This document shows, piece by piece, positions 1-13,830 of a stretch of DNA of 64,000 nucleotides. The stretch is from Batkoa obscura (taxonomy: Eukaryota). Positions within the stretch are counted from its first letter, which is position 1, and every line of letters begins with the position of its first letter. The position numbers and the translations under genes are program-made. The notes beneath the pieces are model-generated. The model saw only the letters and a list, made by a program, of their open reading frames with translations, searched no databases and was not told where the DNA came from. The stretch is from assembly GCA_030770535.1 (NCBI GenBank), contig JASVEC010000024.1:496001-560000 (forward strand). Reading direction: 5' to 3'.

Positions 1-641
1 GTTTAGTAGATGTTACGCATTAATAGTTGGATTACTGAAAGTGTTGGAAGTATGTACAAGAAATATTTATCTTTAGTAGAGGTAGATAGCCAAAGTTTAT
101 TATTAATTTCACTTTGCAAAAAGCTATCTATTATATTGTGAGAGTAATAGGACTAAGAGGAGTAAATTGATAAGGAATTTGATTCAACTTGAGTGTAGTT
201 AGATTTTTGTAAATTGACCGCCATCTAGTTAGGCGAATTAAGGCTCCAAACAATCACAAGAAAGATTTTGAAACTTTTGAAGGCTACTATATACAAGACA
301 TTAGAGAATCAATAAACTAATAAGTATTATTAAAATATTAGTCATAGTATATTTAAATTTTTGGAAGTAGTTACGTTGTCTCTTGTAAATAGTAAATTAT
401 TCTATTTATGTTAAAAGACATTTTTATTTTTAGAATATGATTTAAAATTAATAATACAATTGACCAAATTTGGCCACAATTTTCGAATAAATTAAAATTG
501 AATTAAAAATTATGATTTTATAAGAACATTACAAAAAACAGGATTTATAAAGGAATCATATATTGTTTTTGTTTTTGTTTATATTTTTATTGAATATTAA
601 ATATTAAATATTAAATATTTACAACTCCAATCAACTTCAAA

Positions 642-2000
642 ATGTCTGATAACTTCAAATTCGAAAACCTTGGATACTTTATAATTAAAGAAGTATTATA
701 TCACCTTTCAATTAAAGATCAATGCAATTTATTTATATGCTGTAAAAAATGGAATAAAGTAATAATGCCTATATTGTTTGAACATGTTGATTTAAATGGT
801 TGTCTTTATATGAAAGAAAAGAAAAAATCGATGCAAAAATATGGTCAATATGTTAAATCTTTAGATATTAAATACATTGAAGATTTCCCAAATAACTTAT
901 CAGCATATCCAAACTGTACAGAATTATTTTTACCTTTAGATTTATATTTGAAAAATAGAGAGAAGTTAACACATATCCCGTCAATTGGTATTTATTATAT
1001 GCAATATATGGAATACATTGACAATATACCAATTGAAGATTATATAGCTGCAAACAGAGTTAGTATTGAGAAAGCATTTGAAAATTTAAAGCAATTTGAA
1101 GCTGTAGGCTCAGAAGATTATCTAGACAAATCTTTTGTAGAATTAATAATATTCGCCTTACCATCAACTGTAAGTTCCTTAAATCTAGAAAATATAGTTT
1201 ATGAAGATACTTTACACATTGAAAAATTACTAAATAGATTTGATAATTTAACAGTACTTGAACTATGTTATATTGAATTTGAATTAGAGCAATACAATTA
1301 TTTATCAAAGAGACAATTTCCAAAATTAAAACAATTAGTTATTAACTATATTGGTATACGAGATATAAACTATCCGTCAAACACCACTATCAATTTAAAT
1401 AATTATCCAAAACTTGAATCTCTTCATTATGAGACTTATTACTCAACATTAGCATTCAATGGTATATCCAATTTAAATAAATTAGAGCTGCATTGTTTTG
1501 ATTTATCAAAGTTAAACATGAGCAATAGGTTGTTTCCAAATTTAAGTCAACTAAGTTTATCTGGTTGTATCAATGTCTCGGCTAATCTTTTATACTCAGT
1601 TTTTAACATGTCAACAATCACTTATTTAGATCTATCTTACTGTCGTTTATCTATAATTGACCGTCATAATAATTTATTCTTAGTTAAAGAAATTTATCCA
1701 AGGAGAAAGAGTGGTATAATTACATTAAGGATTTTTGATACAACTTTAGGAATGGATTTTTTTAATTACATATATATGTGGTGTCCCAATTTATATAATC
1801 TTGAGTTAATAAGCTGTAAATTTAATATCGATGTACCTTTTTCAAATAATAAGTTAAAAGGTGATTCTAATTTGAATAATGTATTGTTTACATGCAGTAA
1901 TTGTCCCAATTCAACTAGTACTATAGATTTTATTTTAGAGAATTTCAAAAATATAAAATCATTTAAAGCTTCACAATATCAAGGTTTTTTAAAGGTATAG
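642..2000 (+). CDS. F-box/leucine-rich repeat (RNI-like) protein, intronless
   Basis: 452-aa ORF; N-terminal F-box-like IIKEVLYHLSIKDQCNLFICCKKWNKVIMP followed by FPKL/YPKL/FPNL/CPNL-type LRR units. Confidence 0.8.
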   Translation: MSDNFKFENLGYFIIKEVLYHLSIKDQCNLFICCKKWNKVIMPILFEHVDLNGCLYMKEKKKSMQKYGQYVKSLDIKYIEDFPNNLSAYPNCTELFLPLDLYLKNREKLTHIPSIGIYYMQYMEYIDNIPIEDYIAANRVSIEKAFENLKQFEAVGSEDYLDKSFVELIIFALPSTVSSLNLENIVYEDTLHIEKLLNRFDNLTVLELCYIEFELEQYNYLSKRQFPKLKQLVINYIGIRDINYPSNTTINLNNYPKLESLHYETYYSTLAFNGISNLNKLELHCFDLSKLNMSNRLFPNLSQLSLSGCINVSANLLYSVFNMSTITYLDLSYCRLSIIDRHNNLFLVKEIYPRRKSGIITLRIFDTTLGMDFFNYIYMWCPNLYNLELISCKFNIDVPFSNNKLKGDSNLNNVLFTCSNCPNSTSTIDFILENFKNIKSFKASQYQGFLKV

Positions 2001-2437
2001 TATTTCAATAATCCTAAAGTTTATTTTAAATAGAGACTTAATAAAACAGAATATCCATTTGTATTTTCATCTGTCTTCTATTTGTTTTACATTCATATTA
2101 TAAATGAATCCTTTTTTACAAATATTAAGCTGCATTTCTAAGCTGTTAATTTCTTACAACTTATTCAACATACATCTATAAAATAAAGTATAACATTCGG
2201 TCATATTCTTTTCTTTTTCCTAAAAGTCATTAACCCTAAGTATTTTATTTAGAATAAAAATTGTGATGCTTAAATAGCTGATATAAGAGATGCTGTCTAT
2301 CAATGGATAACTTCTGAAATAGTAGGAAGTGTGTTCATGATTATTACACATTATATGAGTAAAAAGTGAAGGGAAGACTATATCAATCTTGTATGAGAAT
2401 GCTATGCATTAAATTGTGAAGAATATGAGATCAATAT

Positions 2438-2535
2438 GGGAATGTTTCTTTTGACTTCATTATTTTCCCATTTTTTAAGCGTTATTTAAGCGGAAAATTT
2501 GTTAGTAAAATTGTTAAACAAAAAAATACATCTCC
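2438..2535 (-). mobile_element. ~98-bp MITE copy
   Basis: Family consensus, GGG...CTCC ends; flanks ATAT/ATTA. Confidence 0.85.
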
Positions 2536-2893
2536 ATTATTGTTTCTCATTTTTATGATTTTTATGACTTTTATAAGCCAATGTTGATCTTTTTCAAATC
2601 GCGCAATTTTATAGAAACATTTAAGAAAATAATTTTAATAAAAACAGTCACAAATTTCTTTTTCCCTTTCAATATTTTATTATTATAACCAGCCTTAAAA
2701 TAATACATTTAAATTTATTAAGATATAGTTTAATATCCTTAATAAAAGAGTCTTATCCAAAAATGAAGAATAGCATAGCAAATTAAAAAACGGTAACACC
2801 TTTTATGTACCGTTTTTATCTAATTAAGTGAAATGTTTAATATTTTATTATTTGTCACATTTCTAATGATAGTAGTGCTTTTTTGAACTATAT

Positions 2894-2992
2894 GGGGATG
2901 TATTTTTGTGTTTAAGAATTTTACTAACAAATTTTCTGCTTAAATAGCGCTTAAAAAATGGAAAAAATAATCAAGTCAAAAAAAACACTCCC
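2894..2992 (+). mobile_element. ~98-bp MITE copy (reference orientation)
   Basis: GGGGATGTATTTTTGTG...AAAAAACACTCCC with ATAT TSD. Confidence 0.92.
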
Positions 2993-3309
2993 ATATTAAA
3001 AGAAAGAAAACAAAAAAAACTGGACCAAAGAAAGATCATGATGAAAACTTAATAGTGCCTCTATGATTTGGGTATTATAAAAATCTCAAAGTAAAAAATG
3101 TTTTTCTTGTAAAGTACTTAGTTGAAGAAGTATTTCTAAATTAAAATATTTCATTGTTTTTTATATTAAAGATCATTTGAATATTCGTTAAGTGGATATA
3201 TATATCTATATGTATACATAGAGAGAGTATAAATAGTTATTTATATGTATATTCAACTACATCTCAATTGAAGCCAGCTATAGATTAGTTAGAAATTAGA
3301 TTTAAATAT

Positions 3310-3406
3310 GGGAATGTTTTTTAGTTTTATTATTATTTCCATTTTTTAAGCGCTATTTGAACGAAAGGATTGTTGATAAGATCCCTAAACAAAAGAGTAT
3401 ACTTTT
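3310..3406 (-). mobile_element. Degenerate MITE copy
   Basis: Core TTCCATTTTTTAAGCGCTATTTG; ATAT flanks. Confidence 0.75.
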
Positions 3407-5497
3407 ATATATTAAAATATACTTTAATTCACTATTATTGTGGAAATAATCCCAATTACAAGAAAAGTTAAACTTGTTTTTTTATTAGTTTAGTACGCTG
3501 TATATCCAATATTATGCTGTTAGCGCATATATATTAGGAACAATAATCCCACTACCAAAGAACTCAGTATCGTTACAAATTTAATATTAGATATAAGTCT
3601 ATATATTAAATAACAATAAGTTACTTAAGTTAAAAATAGTAATTACAAATTACTATAGGAATCTCTTTATTGTTTATTCCTCTCTACTTTTAAGGAGCTT
3701 TAAATTTAAAAACATTAGATAGCACTAAATTAATTTATAAGACTCATTATAAAAATACTGACATATTATACCTATTCCAGCTCTTTTACGGCTTTTTTCG
3801 CAGTGACTTTTACAATCAACTTAACTCTATGGTTAATTTTTGAACCCTGGTCTAATCTTTAACTGAAATTTTATTGTAAAGTTAATTTTTAAATGGGTAA
3901 TTAATTGAATCACCAAAGAGTTGGAATATATGTAATAAAAAATACTATAACATTTTGTCCGTAATTTTATCTCAAGTTTAAACCTGTTCAAAAATCCCAA
4001 AAGTCGGTAATAGGAAAAAAGATCTTAAAAATTAAGTTATTCTCTTCAGTTTATTGTTTTATTGTTTTAGTGTGCCACTATTAGTAAACAGAAAATTTCG
4101 AATTATTGTTTAGACTTTTTTATTATAGTGATGTGTAATAGAAGATCCATTTTATACACTATTGGAGTCAGATACTACTTTGGTTAAGACAATAACTCTA
4201 ATAATACATATCTAGAATTTTGTTTCGTTTACCTCAGTAAGCAAAGCTAAACCTAATAGCAAATGCTTTCATTATTTGTAATAATATTACCAATAAAACC
4301 TATAAATTATTATTATTATTATTCTTTGTATTTGTTTCCTCTCGATTTTAATTATTTTAAGCTGCATAATGAAAATTATCATGAGCATATTGGAATTTAA
4401 ATTAATGCGTCGATGTAATATAGATTTGAAATGTAAATTAAAGTTATTGTGATAGCAAGAAAAATGATAATAATACAAAATTACTATGTATGTAAAGTAG
4501 TAAAAATTAAATGTACATTTTGTAACTTAATCATAAAATTATTTTAAAATCTTAACTTAAATCAAATAATAATAGTGGCACTATAAGATAATCAAATGTA
4601 ACAATAGTGATGTTCTATCCAGTATAAGTTATCCATAACCATGTGAAAAAAAAGTCAATTTATAAAAGTCAAATAAAAAAGGTTCCTAATAATAAATTGG
4701 ACAGATTTAATTGGCTGAAAGGACTTTTATTATTCATAGTGTAAAATGATAGTAATACCAAGAATCCTAAAATTCTTAGGCTTTCATTGGAGGAGTATCG
4801 AAATTACCCCAATAAAATAGGACAATTTATAAATTTGTAAAATAAAGTCTTGTTTTGAAATGGGGGAATGGAGAATTATTTGTTAAAACTTAAAATAGAA
4901 ATTGAATAATAAATGAAATTAAAGGGGATTTATTAACATTTCAAGTTAATTCAATTTATAAAAACAGTTTATTATTTTTTTATTTGTAACATCTAAAATA
5001 AAAATGTTAAAGAATTTGGAATTTTTTTATTTTTGAGTTATACGTTAGATTAAGCATCAACAAAGATGATTGGTGTAAAATGAAAACTATTAACCAAAAA
5101 TAGTAATTTAGAGTGATAACCAAATCTTAACTTTTTATAATTAAATAAACAGTGGATTTTTTATCAAAAAATATTAATTTATTGGTCTTAAATTTATTTA
5201 ATTTGTATTTATTCTTTTCTTTTTTACATTTTAGTTTTATCTTTACTGTCAATTTTAAACTACTCTCTTTCACTCTTTATTTACATTTCTACAATTGGAT
5301 AACCAACCACCGACATATACACACCATACACGCCTTACGATCACATCCACCTTATATTAGAGTTTTTCCTTATTGTAAATAGATTGTTATCCAACCAACG
5401 ATAATAACGATAATAAGCGACTTAATTAATTAAATAGAAAAGGAGAAGACAAATAATACACATATAACCTTCAAGTGGAGATATATATTAAAAACTA

Positions 5498-8220
5498 ATG
5501 ATGTCAAGCTCAAAAAATCCAACTATGTCAAGACCTAAGTTTCCACCTTTATTTAGTAAGCCACTACCCACTCCGCCTTCTAAAAAATCGCAAATTTTAG
5601 AACCGGATAATTCTTTAGACCCAGCTAGACAACGTATCAATAATATGATGGTAGAAGCAGTCGAGTTGGCTAATAAAGCCTTAAAATTGGAAAAAGAAAG
5701 CAACTGGGAAGAAGCGCTTACAGGCTATAGTGAAGTATGTAGCTTTTTTAAGAAAATGATGGAGAATGCAGATTCTAATGATTTACAAGAGTTATTATTT
5801 GTGGTACGTTAATAATACTAGCATTCATTAATTCACTATTAATTCGTTTTTTATTTTAGCACCATAAATATTCTAGAAGACTAGTATTTATAAGAACCAA
5901 AGTTTCAGAAATGAAAAAAAAGGAAAACAAGGAAACAAAAGCATTAAATAGTACTACTTTATCCAAAAAGAAATTGAATCAAGTCACGCCTATCAATACT
6001 AATATTTCTTATGAATATAATAGGAACGATTATGATACTACCCAATCTGGCGTATCTCTATCTCCAATTAAGACTGGTAATTCTGCTCGCTCATTAAGCG
6101 ATTCTAAGATTACACCTATAACATCAATAATGAAGCATAATGCCAATATGAATAACAATAGTTACAGCATGAATACCAGTTTAAATTCAGCCTTTAACGT
6201 TTATGAAACTTCCCCAGTAAATTATTTTTCAAAGAACAATAATATGCGAAAGACAATAATAAAGAAGAGCTCACTGCCATCCATAACAGAAAACTACCAT
6301 AAATTAAATAGCAATATCACCAGTACTAATAATACTAATTTATATACATGGAATGAAACAAATCAATATTTGAATTCACAGAGAAAGTCATATGACGTTA
6401 ACATTGAAAGAAACACTACAGCTTTAGATAATGTAAATGAACTACGAAGAAATATTGATTTAATTTCAATACCTGAAACTGAGGAAAACAGTAGTATGAC
6501 AAATAATCTTATTACTAAGGAAAAAGAAATAAAAGGATCAGCAGGTAGATTGTTAAAACAACGATTAGCTCATATGCCATCTTTGCCAGAATTATCAAAA
6601 ACAAAAACAAAAACGAATACTTCAATTATTGCAAAATCATTAGATAACAACAATTACTATTTAAATAATAACTGCCAAGATAACGATAACGATAACGATA
6701 ACGATTCATGGCGGGAATCATGTACTTTGCCAACAAATTTCGATATAAACAAAGAGATGGAGATGATTAAATCTAATCACAAAAATTATATTTTTGCAAC
6801 TGCCAAACCAAGATTAAATGGAAATAGAAAACCATCCGTTGATAAATATATTGAAAAAATGGAAAGTTTAAGTCTACTATCACCTTCATCACCTTCATCA
6901 CCTTCAATCAAAAAGAAGTTTATTTTCAATAGTAACAGTAGCCAGCAATCTGCTACCAGCAGTTTAAATAATTTAAGTCATTTGAATAATTCTTCTTCTA
7001 GTTTAAATAGTGGTAATTATGATAACAGGATATTTTCATATAATTTTAACTTTATTTTATTCATTTAGATCATTACTCAACTTCTTCTTATTCACCATGT
7101 CCATCTCCAATGATTCGTTCTTATACAGCACCAGAGAATGCTCCATTACTTCTCAATAATGAAATTGGGGTTACTAATCATCAAAAAAGCAATAGCCAAG
7201 AAATTAGCTGCAATAAGTATAACCTATCTGTGCACCAAATTATATGGAATGAAGAAATCAAATCAAAACAGGTAAAGTTAATAATGTCACCAAGAAGAGC
7301 AACATTAATTAACATTTAATTACTTTAGCCTTGGATACCAGCACCAAGTAACTCAGTGTTAAAAATCTTTTGGAAAATGAAGTGTTTAAAAAATTCGATG
7401 GAAGCTGGAAGTTACATAGGGTCCAAAAGGATATATATACATCCGATGATTTGGTAATAATTAAAAATGTATTAAATAGAATAATAAAATTAACATATAA
7501 TAAAATAGGAACCAAAATGGAATAAGAGTATCTTATTTAGACTTAAAGATGGAGAAACTAGAAATCTTGAGTTTGATATTTGCGAGAATACAAGAACATT
7601 GGAAAGAAGATGTATTAGGAATCCAAGCTTCCTTTGAAGAACTAGAATCAATTATTAATGAAATTCAAGATTTATTCTCAACTAAGTTTGATTATATTCC
7701 TAAAGTTAAGAAAACTCAAGTAAGTATTTATTATAATAGCCATTGTGTCATTACTTATTTTTTTTTATAGAAAATTGCAACAGTGGCTCTCATGTCAATT
7801 GCTAATAAAATATCGAAATCTGTAGATCGTATTCAAGCTACCTATACAAAAGAAAAACAGTAAGTTTTAGGTTCTAAGTTATATTTGAATTAAATAATAA
7901 TCACTTTTAATTAGAGAAGAATCTAATGAATATACAAATTTGATGATTAAATTTTTTGAATCGAGTGAATTTTTAGGTAAATTTAGATAATAACAAGTAA
8001 ATTATATAGAATACTAATATTGATTTAAATTAATAGAGGAATGGTATAACTATTATCATGAAAAGAATAATTTAGAGTCTAACCCATCGATAATAATTAT
8101 ACTACAAAAAATTCAACGCATCATTGAATTTCTAGATAGTGTTATTGTACGATTGATTAGCGAGGATTTATCTTTGTATTTGACTAAATATTTCAAAAGA
8201 ACCCAGTTTTTGATTGGTGA
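5498..8220 (+). CDS. MIT-domain protein, multi-exon, with N/S-rich linker and helical C-terminal domain
   Basis: Exon 1 encodes EAVELANKALKLEKESNWEEALTGYSEVC (MIT-like); GTACGT donor at 5804; ORFs 5911-7068, 7110-7319 and 7549-7770 joinable by short introns; stop TGA at 8218-8220. Confidence 0.7.
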
Positions 8221-9484
8221 TTAAATTATTAAATAATCTCATCATCTTCTTTATTATCCCCCACTGATATTAAGCTTGTTCTTAACTCGACTTAGTTTAC
8301 GTCTCTGTATATAAAATATTTTTATCATTTTACTCTTATATATTTGTTTTACTTTAAATTTATCGGCTTATATTTATGAGGATAATATAAAACTTAAAAT
8401 TCATAATAAGGTTTTAAAGTGTATAACTAAAAGTTGTATAGTCAACTAAAGTTAGGTTTTTGTTTTTTATAAAAATTTAAAAGTCAGTTAAGATGTCCCA
8501 GTTTTTAGTAAAAATACAAAGTGGGTTTTTTATTAGCTTAGGCTTAATATCATTAAAATCCCAAAAAAAGCCCAAAAACTTTCAAGCATAAAAGCATTTT
8601 ATGAGGTTTTATAAAAGTAACATAAAATTTCAAGATAAGTTAATTTTAATTTAAGGCTCAACTTTTCTCCGATTACAAGGTAGCCCAGATCAATTCCGAA
8701 AAAAGTGATAATTTTAAAACTCAGCCATTTATTTGATTTTTTTTAAAGTTTGCTGTTTAAAAAAGTTAATTTGCATTGAGATTTATAATCCAAGCTAGAG
8801 GATTATTTATAAACAAATATGATCTGACACGCTACTACTACTGTTATTATTGCTATAGTATCTCGTCCTTATACCGATAATATTAAAACTGTTTATTAAA
8901 AATATATTAATATAAAAAACCTTAATTGTATAATTTTAAAATAAGAAAGTTAAAAGTTTAAATTTTAAATTTTTAAATTTTAAATTTCTAGGATAAAAGC
9001 ATATTTACAATTAGAACTATTAGAGTAAATAAAAAACTATGTTTCATTAAAATATTTCAAAAACTATTAACTTTAAATTTGGGCTAGTTTTCACAACATT
9101 TTAGGCCAAATTTTCACTTCAAATAAACAGTTTTTTTCAGAACTGATCTGAACCAACTGTATATTTTATCATCAAGATAAATTAAGCATAAATACTAACA
9201 ATAATAAAAGGCATACTTTTTTAGAGAAACCAAGTAATTTTTTTCGATTGCTAAACTATCTATAAGATACCAAAAACACTGAAAAGATGTTCTGCTCATT
9301 TGTATTTCTAATTTAGCCTTAAAATCTTTAAGTTCAAACATAAATCAAAACTGAAAGATCATTTCAAATCCTAACTTAGTTTTTAACTAGTCAAATAAAA
9401 AAGTATGATCCATTCAAACTAAAATAAAGCAGTAAATTTAATATTGAAATTTACTATAATTTATTAATATAAATTACTACAAAG

Positions 9485-10908
9485 TTACAAAAATACAAAA
9501 CCAAGATAATAGTCTTTAAGAGCGAAAGACAGGAAAGGCCCAAGCTTGAACCCTTTCCATGAATTTGAAGAGAGTCTTTGGGATAGTTTACTTTATATCT
9601 TAATAGGATTATAATAAGTATACTCTTTTATTCTAAGGGAAAAATATATGCCAATACACAACCTAGCACCTCCACCAAACGGGGCCCAAGCTAATCAATC
9701 AATTGATTTATCTCATACATAAGGCGATCGCTTGAAAAACCAATCGGGAATAAACTTTTATTGTTCACTCTAACCTCTTTTACCGTGGTGCAATATGTAA
9801 ATACTTAAAAGGACATCAGTGTTAGCAGGGATTGTGTAACCATCGACTACAACATCTTTAGAGGTTGTTCTGAGTGGAAGATCGGGTACTGATGGATATA
9901 ATCTCATAGTTTCTTTCATTACGGCTAATAAATACTCCATTTGTTTAGTTTGTTCAATTGTAGGACATTGAGCATCTTCTACCTTTTGGTTACTATAATT
10001 AGTGATTCCCATTACATCCATGACTTCTTTACGTAATTTTTCTTGTACATCTTGATGTTGGGCTAAAAAGTGCAATGCAGCAGATAAAGCAAATGCAGTT
10101 GTATCATGTCCAGCTAATAAGAAAATCATAACATTATCACGAATTTCTTTATCAATAAATTTATTGTCTTCTTCATGGGCTGCTTTCAACACCAAAGTTA
10201 TTATATCTTCATTAACATTAAGTTTCCTATCATCCTTGTTCAAATTGCTTCTCCTTGTCATTTAATATAGCTTGGAAATCCTGCTCCAAAGCTTTAAGAT
10301 CATAATAAACTGGTTTATGGGAACGGCTTTTATAGTCGTTTAAAGGATCTACTATTGAGTATAAATGGTCAAATAAAGCTTTCATAACTTTATTATGATA
10401 AGTACTAAAAGGGACGTTTTCGTTAACTATAGAATTAAAGTCTACACCCATGACATCTTTACCTGAAGCGTCCATGGTGATACGTTCTATATATTTATAA
10501 ATCACGACCTTATTCCTATTGAAGTTAGAATCTAACACATCAACAACTGTTTAATGCATTCCTCGAAAAGCTCCACTTCAAATTGCTTCTTAAAAGGTGG
10601 GTTCAATACTTTACGATGTCTTTTCCAAACTTGATGGTTCGAAAACACTAAATTGATTCCCAAAAATTTTAAAAACAATATTGGGGGTGTTTTTTTTGAT
10701 TTCATCGCTTTTTCTATCTTTTAAGCGCTATTTAAGCAGAAAATTTGTTAGTAAAATTCTTAAACACAAAAATACATCCCCATATATTGGGACGTATTTG
10801 ACTATGGATTTTTTTTAATAAAGGTGATGATGACTTTTTAAAGAAGATGAAATATATTAAGGGCAAGATGGTGTCCAATCTTAGTAAAATATTTGTTGCT
10901 ATTGACAT
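9485..10908 (-). pseudogene. Cytochrome P450 pseudogene, tandem paralog of 12307-13830
   Basis: AGHDTT and ETMR motifs in ORF 9770-10261; frameshift near 10230-10260; decayed 3' end; 5' deletion; MITE inserted at 10683-10781; ATG (MSIAT...) at 10908. Confidence 0.9.
10683..10781 (-). mobile_element. MITE copy inside the P450 pseudogene
   Basis: Interrupts sequence homologous to about 13500-13515. Confidence 0.92.
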
Positions 10909-12306
10909 TTTTTACAAATCATATCTTTGCTCTCTTCGTTTAATTTATATACTTCTACAGTTATTGCTCCAATTTTTTTATCTTCAACAATTTTCAGTTT
11001 TATTCATTTTAGTTTTTTGTCTTACATATCCATCACCTATACTATTAGTTGTTTTAGTTTATTACTAAAGGTGAGTTGTTTAATAACACTTGAAATCAAG
11101 AATTTCAAATATTATAGTTTAGTGTAGCTAAGCTTTTTATATAAAATAATTAAAAATAGGAAGTGGTTTGTAATGTATTTAATTCACCTATTATAAGCGC
11201 TTTCATATTAGTCTAAGGATATCAACTATGAATGGAATGTTTTATAGTATTTATAGATAGGATTTTTTTAATACATCTATATTGATCAAAAATTGGAATA
11301 AAATAATTTACATAATGTAATATTTTTTATGATTTAAAAATTTTAAAAATTTGTTTATTAAATTAAAAAAATTGCTTAAGAGTAGAATAAGCAGTAAACT
11401 GATACACATTTTTTTCTTTTTAATATAAAAACTTTTAAACTTTTTGAAGAACTCTATACAAACTTTGTTTCATTGTTGACTTTGGCAGCTAAAGTAATTG
11501 AAGATAATTAAAGATAGTCTTTGTAATTTACTGTACAAAATTATCATCTACTTTATTTTTCATGTTTTATGACAATTTAGTTAGCATTGAATATCATTAT
11601 TAATTCTATAATATAATAAACTTTGAGTTTTAATATATTCTACAAGTTTTAGAATTTATTTAAATTTGTTTAGAAACTAATTTTAATTAGTCATAAAACC
11701 TGGTCTATTATTTTTATTGCATTGAATCATTTACAAAATCCAAATAGCTTTTAAAAATGTAATTAAACTGAACATATAATGTAAATAAAACAATAAAAGC
11801 ATCAAATTCCAAAAATTCCAAAACTAAACAACAAAATATAGTAGCAATTACTACATGTAAATAATGTTAAAAAAATATTTTTAATTGCAATCAGTTTTAA
11901 ACCTATCTTTGCTACAACCTTTATTGGATCAGACCTTTGGGCTATCTACCGTTCATACTCTAACATTCTATCAGGGATCAGGATGCTACTTTGTTATCTC
12001 TAAATATCTTTGTTGAATAGAACATAGCTTGGACGGATTTGATTCATTTGGTTTTTCCCCACCTCAATTGTAATTTAAGTAAATCAGTTAGGTTAGATTG
12101 ACCTTCTAGTTTCTTTCTATAAATTTAATTTGATCTAATAAAACACTTGCCCACTAGAGTCCAAAATCCTCAAAAAAATACAATTAATAATAAATACTTA
12201 AAATTTTATAATATTTTTAACTTTAAACAATTTTAGTTATAAATAAGTAATAATCGATTATATTTATTAATTTTGCTCTAATTTATTAATACAAATTGCT
12301 ATTAAA

Positions 12307-13830
12307 TTATAATAACGTAAAGTTAAGAGAATAGTCTTTAGGAGAAAAGAGCGGGGCAGGACTCAAGCTTAAACCTTCTCCATGAATTTGAGGAGAACCT
12401 TTAGGATAGTTTACTTTATATCTTAATAGGATCATAGCAAGTACGGCCTTTTGTTCCAATAATGAAAAGTTCATACCAATACATGATCTAGCACCTCCAC
12501 CAAATGGAGTCCAGGCTGAAATATCAACTGGATTATTTTGTGCATAAGATGATCCTTTGATAAATCTTTCTGGAATAAACTTTTCTGGCTCATTCCAGTA
12601 TCTTTCATCGTGGTGTAATGTGTAAATACTTAAAAGGACATCAGTGTTAGCAGGGATTGTGTAACCATCGACTACAACATCTTTAGAGGTTGTTCTGAGT
12701 GGAAGATCGGGTACTGATGGATATAATCTCATAGTTTCTTTCATTACGGCTAATAAATACTCCATTTGTTTAGTTTGTTCAATTGTAGGACATTGAGCAT
12801 CTTCTACCTTTTGGTTACTATAATTAGTGATTCCCATTACATCCATGACTTCTTTACGTAATTTTTCTTGTACATCTTGATGTTGGGCTAAAAAGTGCAA
12901 TGCAGCAGATAAAGCAAATGCAGTTGTATCATGTCCAGCTAATAAGAAAATCATAACATTATCACGAATTTCTTTATCAGTAAATTTGACATCCTCCTCT
13001 TGAGCAGCTTTTAACATTAAAGTCAAAATATCTTCATTAACGTTGTGGTCATTGTTGTCATTGTTTGAAATGGCTTTTTTCTTTTCATCTAATATATGCT
13101 GGAAATGTTCTTCTAAAGACTTAAGATCATCATAAACTGGTTTACGTAATGGATTTTTGGAAGTATCGAAAAAGTCCAATATTAAATAGAAAGGATCAAA
13201 GGAAGCTTTCATAACCTTATTATAATAAGTAATGAAAGGGACATTTTCGTTAACTACAGAATTAAAGTCTACACCCATGATACCTTTACCTAAAGCGTCC
13301 ATGGTGATACGTTGCATATATTTGTAAATTTCAACTCCAGTTCCATTAAACTTGTTATCTACTACATTGAAAAATTCTTTAATACATTCCTCGAAAAGCT
13401 CCACTTCAAATTGCTTCTTAAAAGGTGGGTTCAATACTTTACGATGTCTTTTCCAAACTTGATGGTTCGAAAACACTAAATTGATTCCCAAAAATTTTGA
13501 AAACAATAAATTGGGTCTTACTTCGCTAGGTAATCTTTTGACAAAAGTGGTAGTGTCGTTATACATTGAACGAGCTGCATCAGCTGAGGATAAAGCTACT
13601 ACCCACCCACCGTTTCTCCAAATCAGTTGTACTTTTTCTTTATGTAACCTTTTTGACAATAAATCATGGATTTTTTTATCGGCAGGTTTATCTTCAAAGG
13701 GGGTTTTAACACATTCAGCTAAACTTGGGGAAGGTAAGTGACTTAAATTGGATGGCTTTTTAAAGAAAGCGACATATATTCCAATGAATATAGTGACTAC
13801 TACTAATAGAATACTAATTGTTATTGACAT
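12307..13830 (-). CDS. Cytochrome P450, intronless
   Basis: N-terminal TM anchor, AGHDTT I-helix, ETMR (ExxR), PERF, heme motif FGGGARSCIG. Confidence 0.97.
   Translation of the reverse strand: MSITISILLVVVTIFIGIYVAFFKKPSNLSHLPSPSLAECVKTPFEDKPADKKIHDLLSKRLHKEKVQLIWRNGGWVVALSSADAARSMYNDTTTFVKRLPSEVRPNLLFSKFLGINLVFSNHQVWKRHRKVLNPPFKKQFEVELFEECIKEFFNVVDNKFNGTGVEIYKYMQRITMDALGKGIMGVDFNSVVNENVPFITYYNKVMKASFDPFYLILDFFDTSKNPLRKPVYDDLKSLEEHFQHILDEKKKAISNNDNNDHNVNEDILTLMLKAAQEEDVKFTDKEIRDNVMIFLLAGHDTTAFALSAALHFLAQHQDVQEKLRKEVMDVMGITNYSNQKVEDAQCPTIEQTKQMEYLLAVMKETMRLYPSVPDLPLRTTSKDVVVDGYTIPANTDVLLSIYTLHHDERYWNEPEKFIPERFIKGSSYAQNNPVDISAWTPFGGGARSCIGMNFSLLEQKAVLAMILLRYKVNYPKGSPQIHGEGLSLSPAPLFSPKDYSLNFTLL

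Noticed and set aside
2786..2817. Hairpin AAAAACGGTA-N12-TACCGTTTTT
   Set aside because: Single short inverted repeat in AT-rich DNA; bacterial-type terminators do not apply here
6679..6704. (GATAAC)n repeat
   Set aside because: Ordinary coding microsatellite (DN repeat) in a low-complexity linker
13481..13741. Antisense or shadow ORFs (also 868-1948, 5488-5703, 17003-17308, 17715-18074, 26498-27442, 45856-46086, 58220-58507, 62900-63142)
   Set aside because: They overlap better-supported genes on the opposite strand and show no motifs
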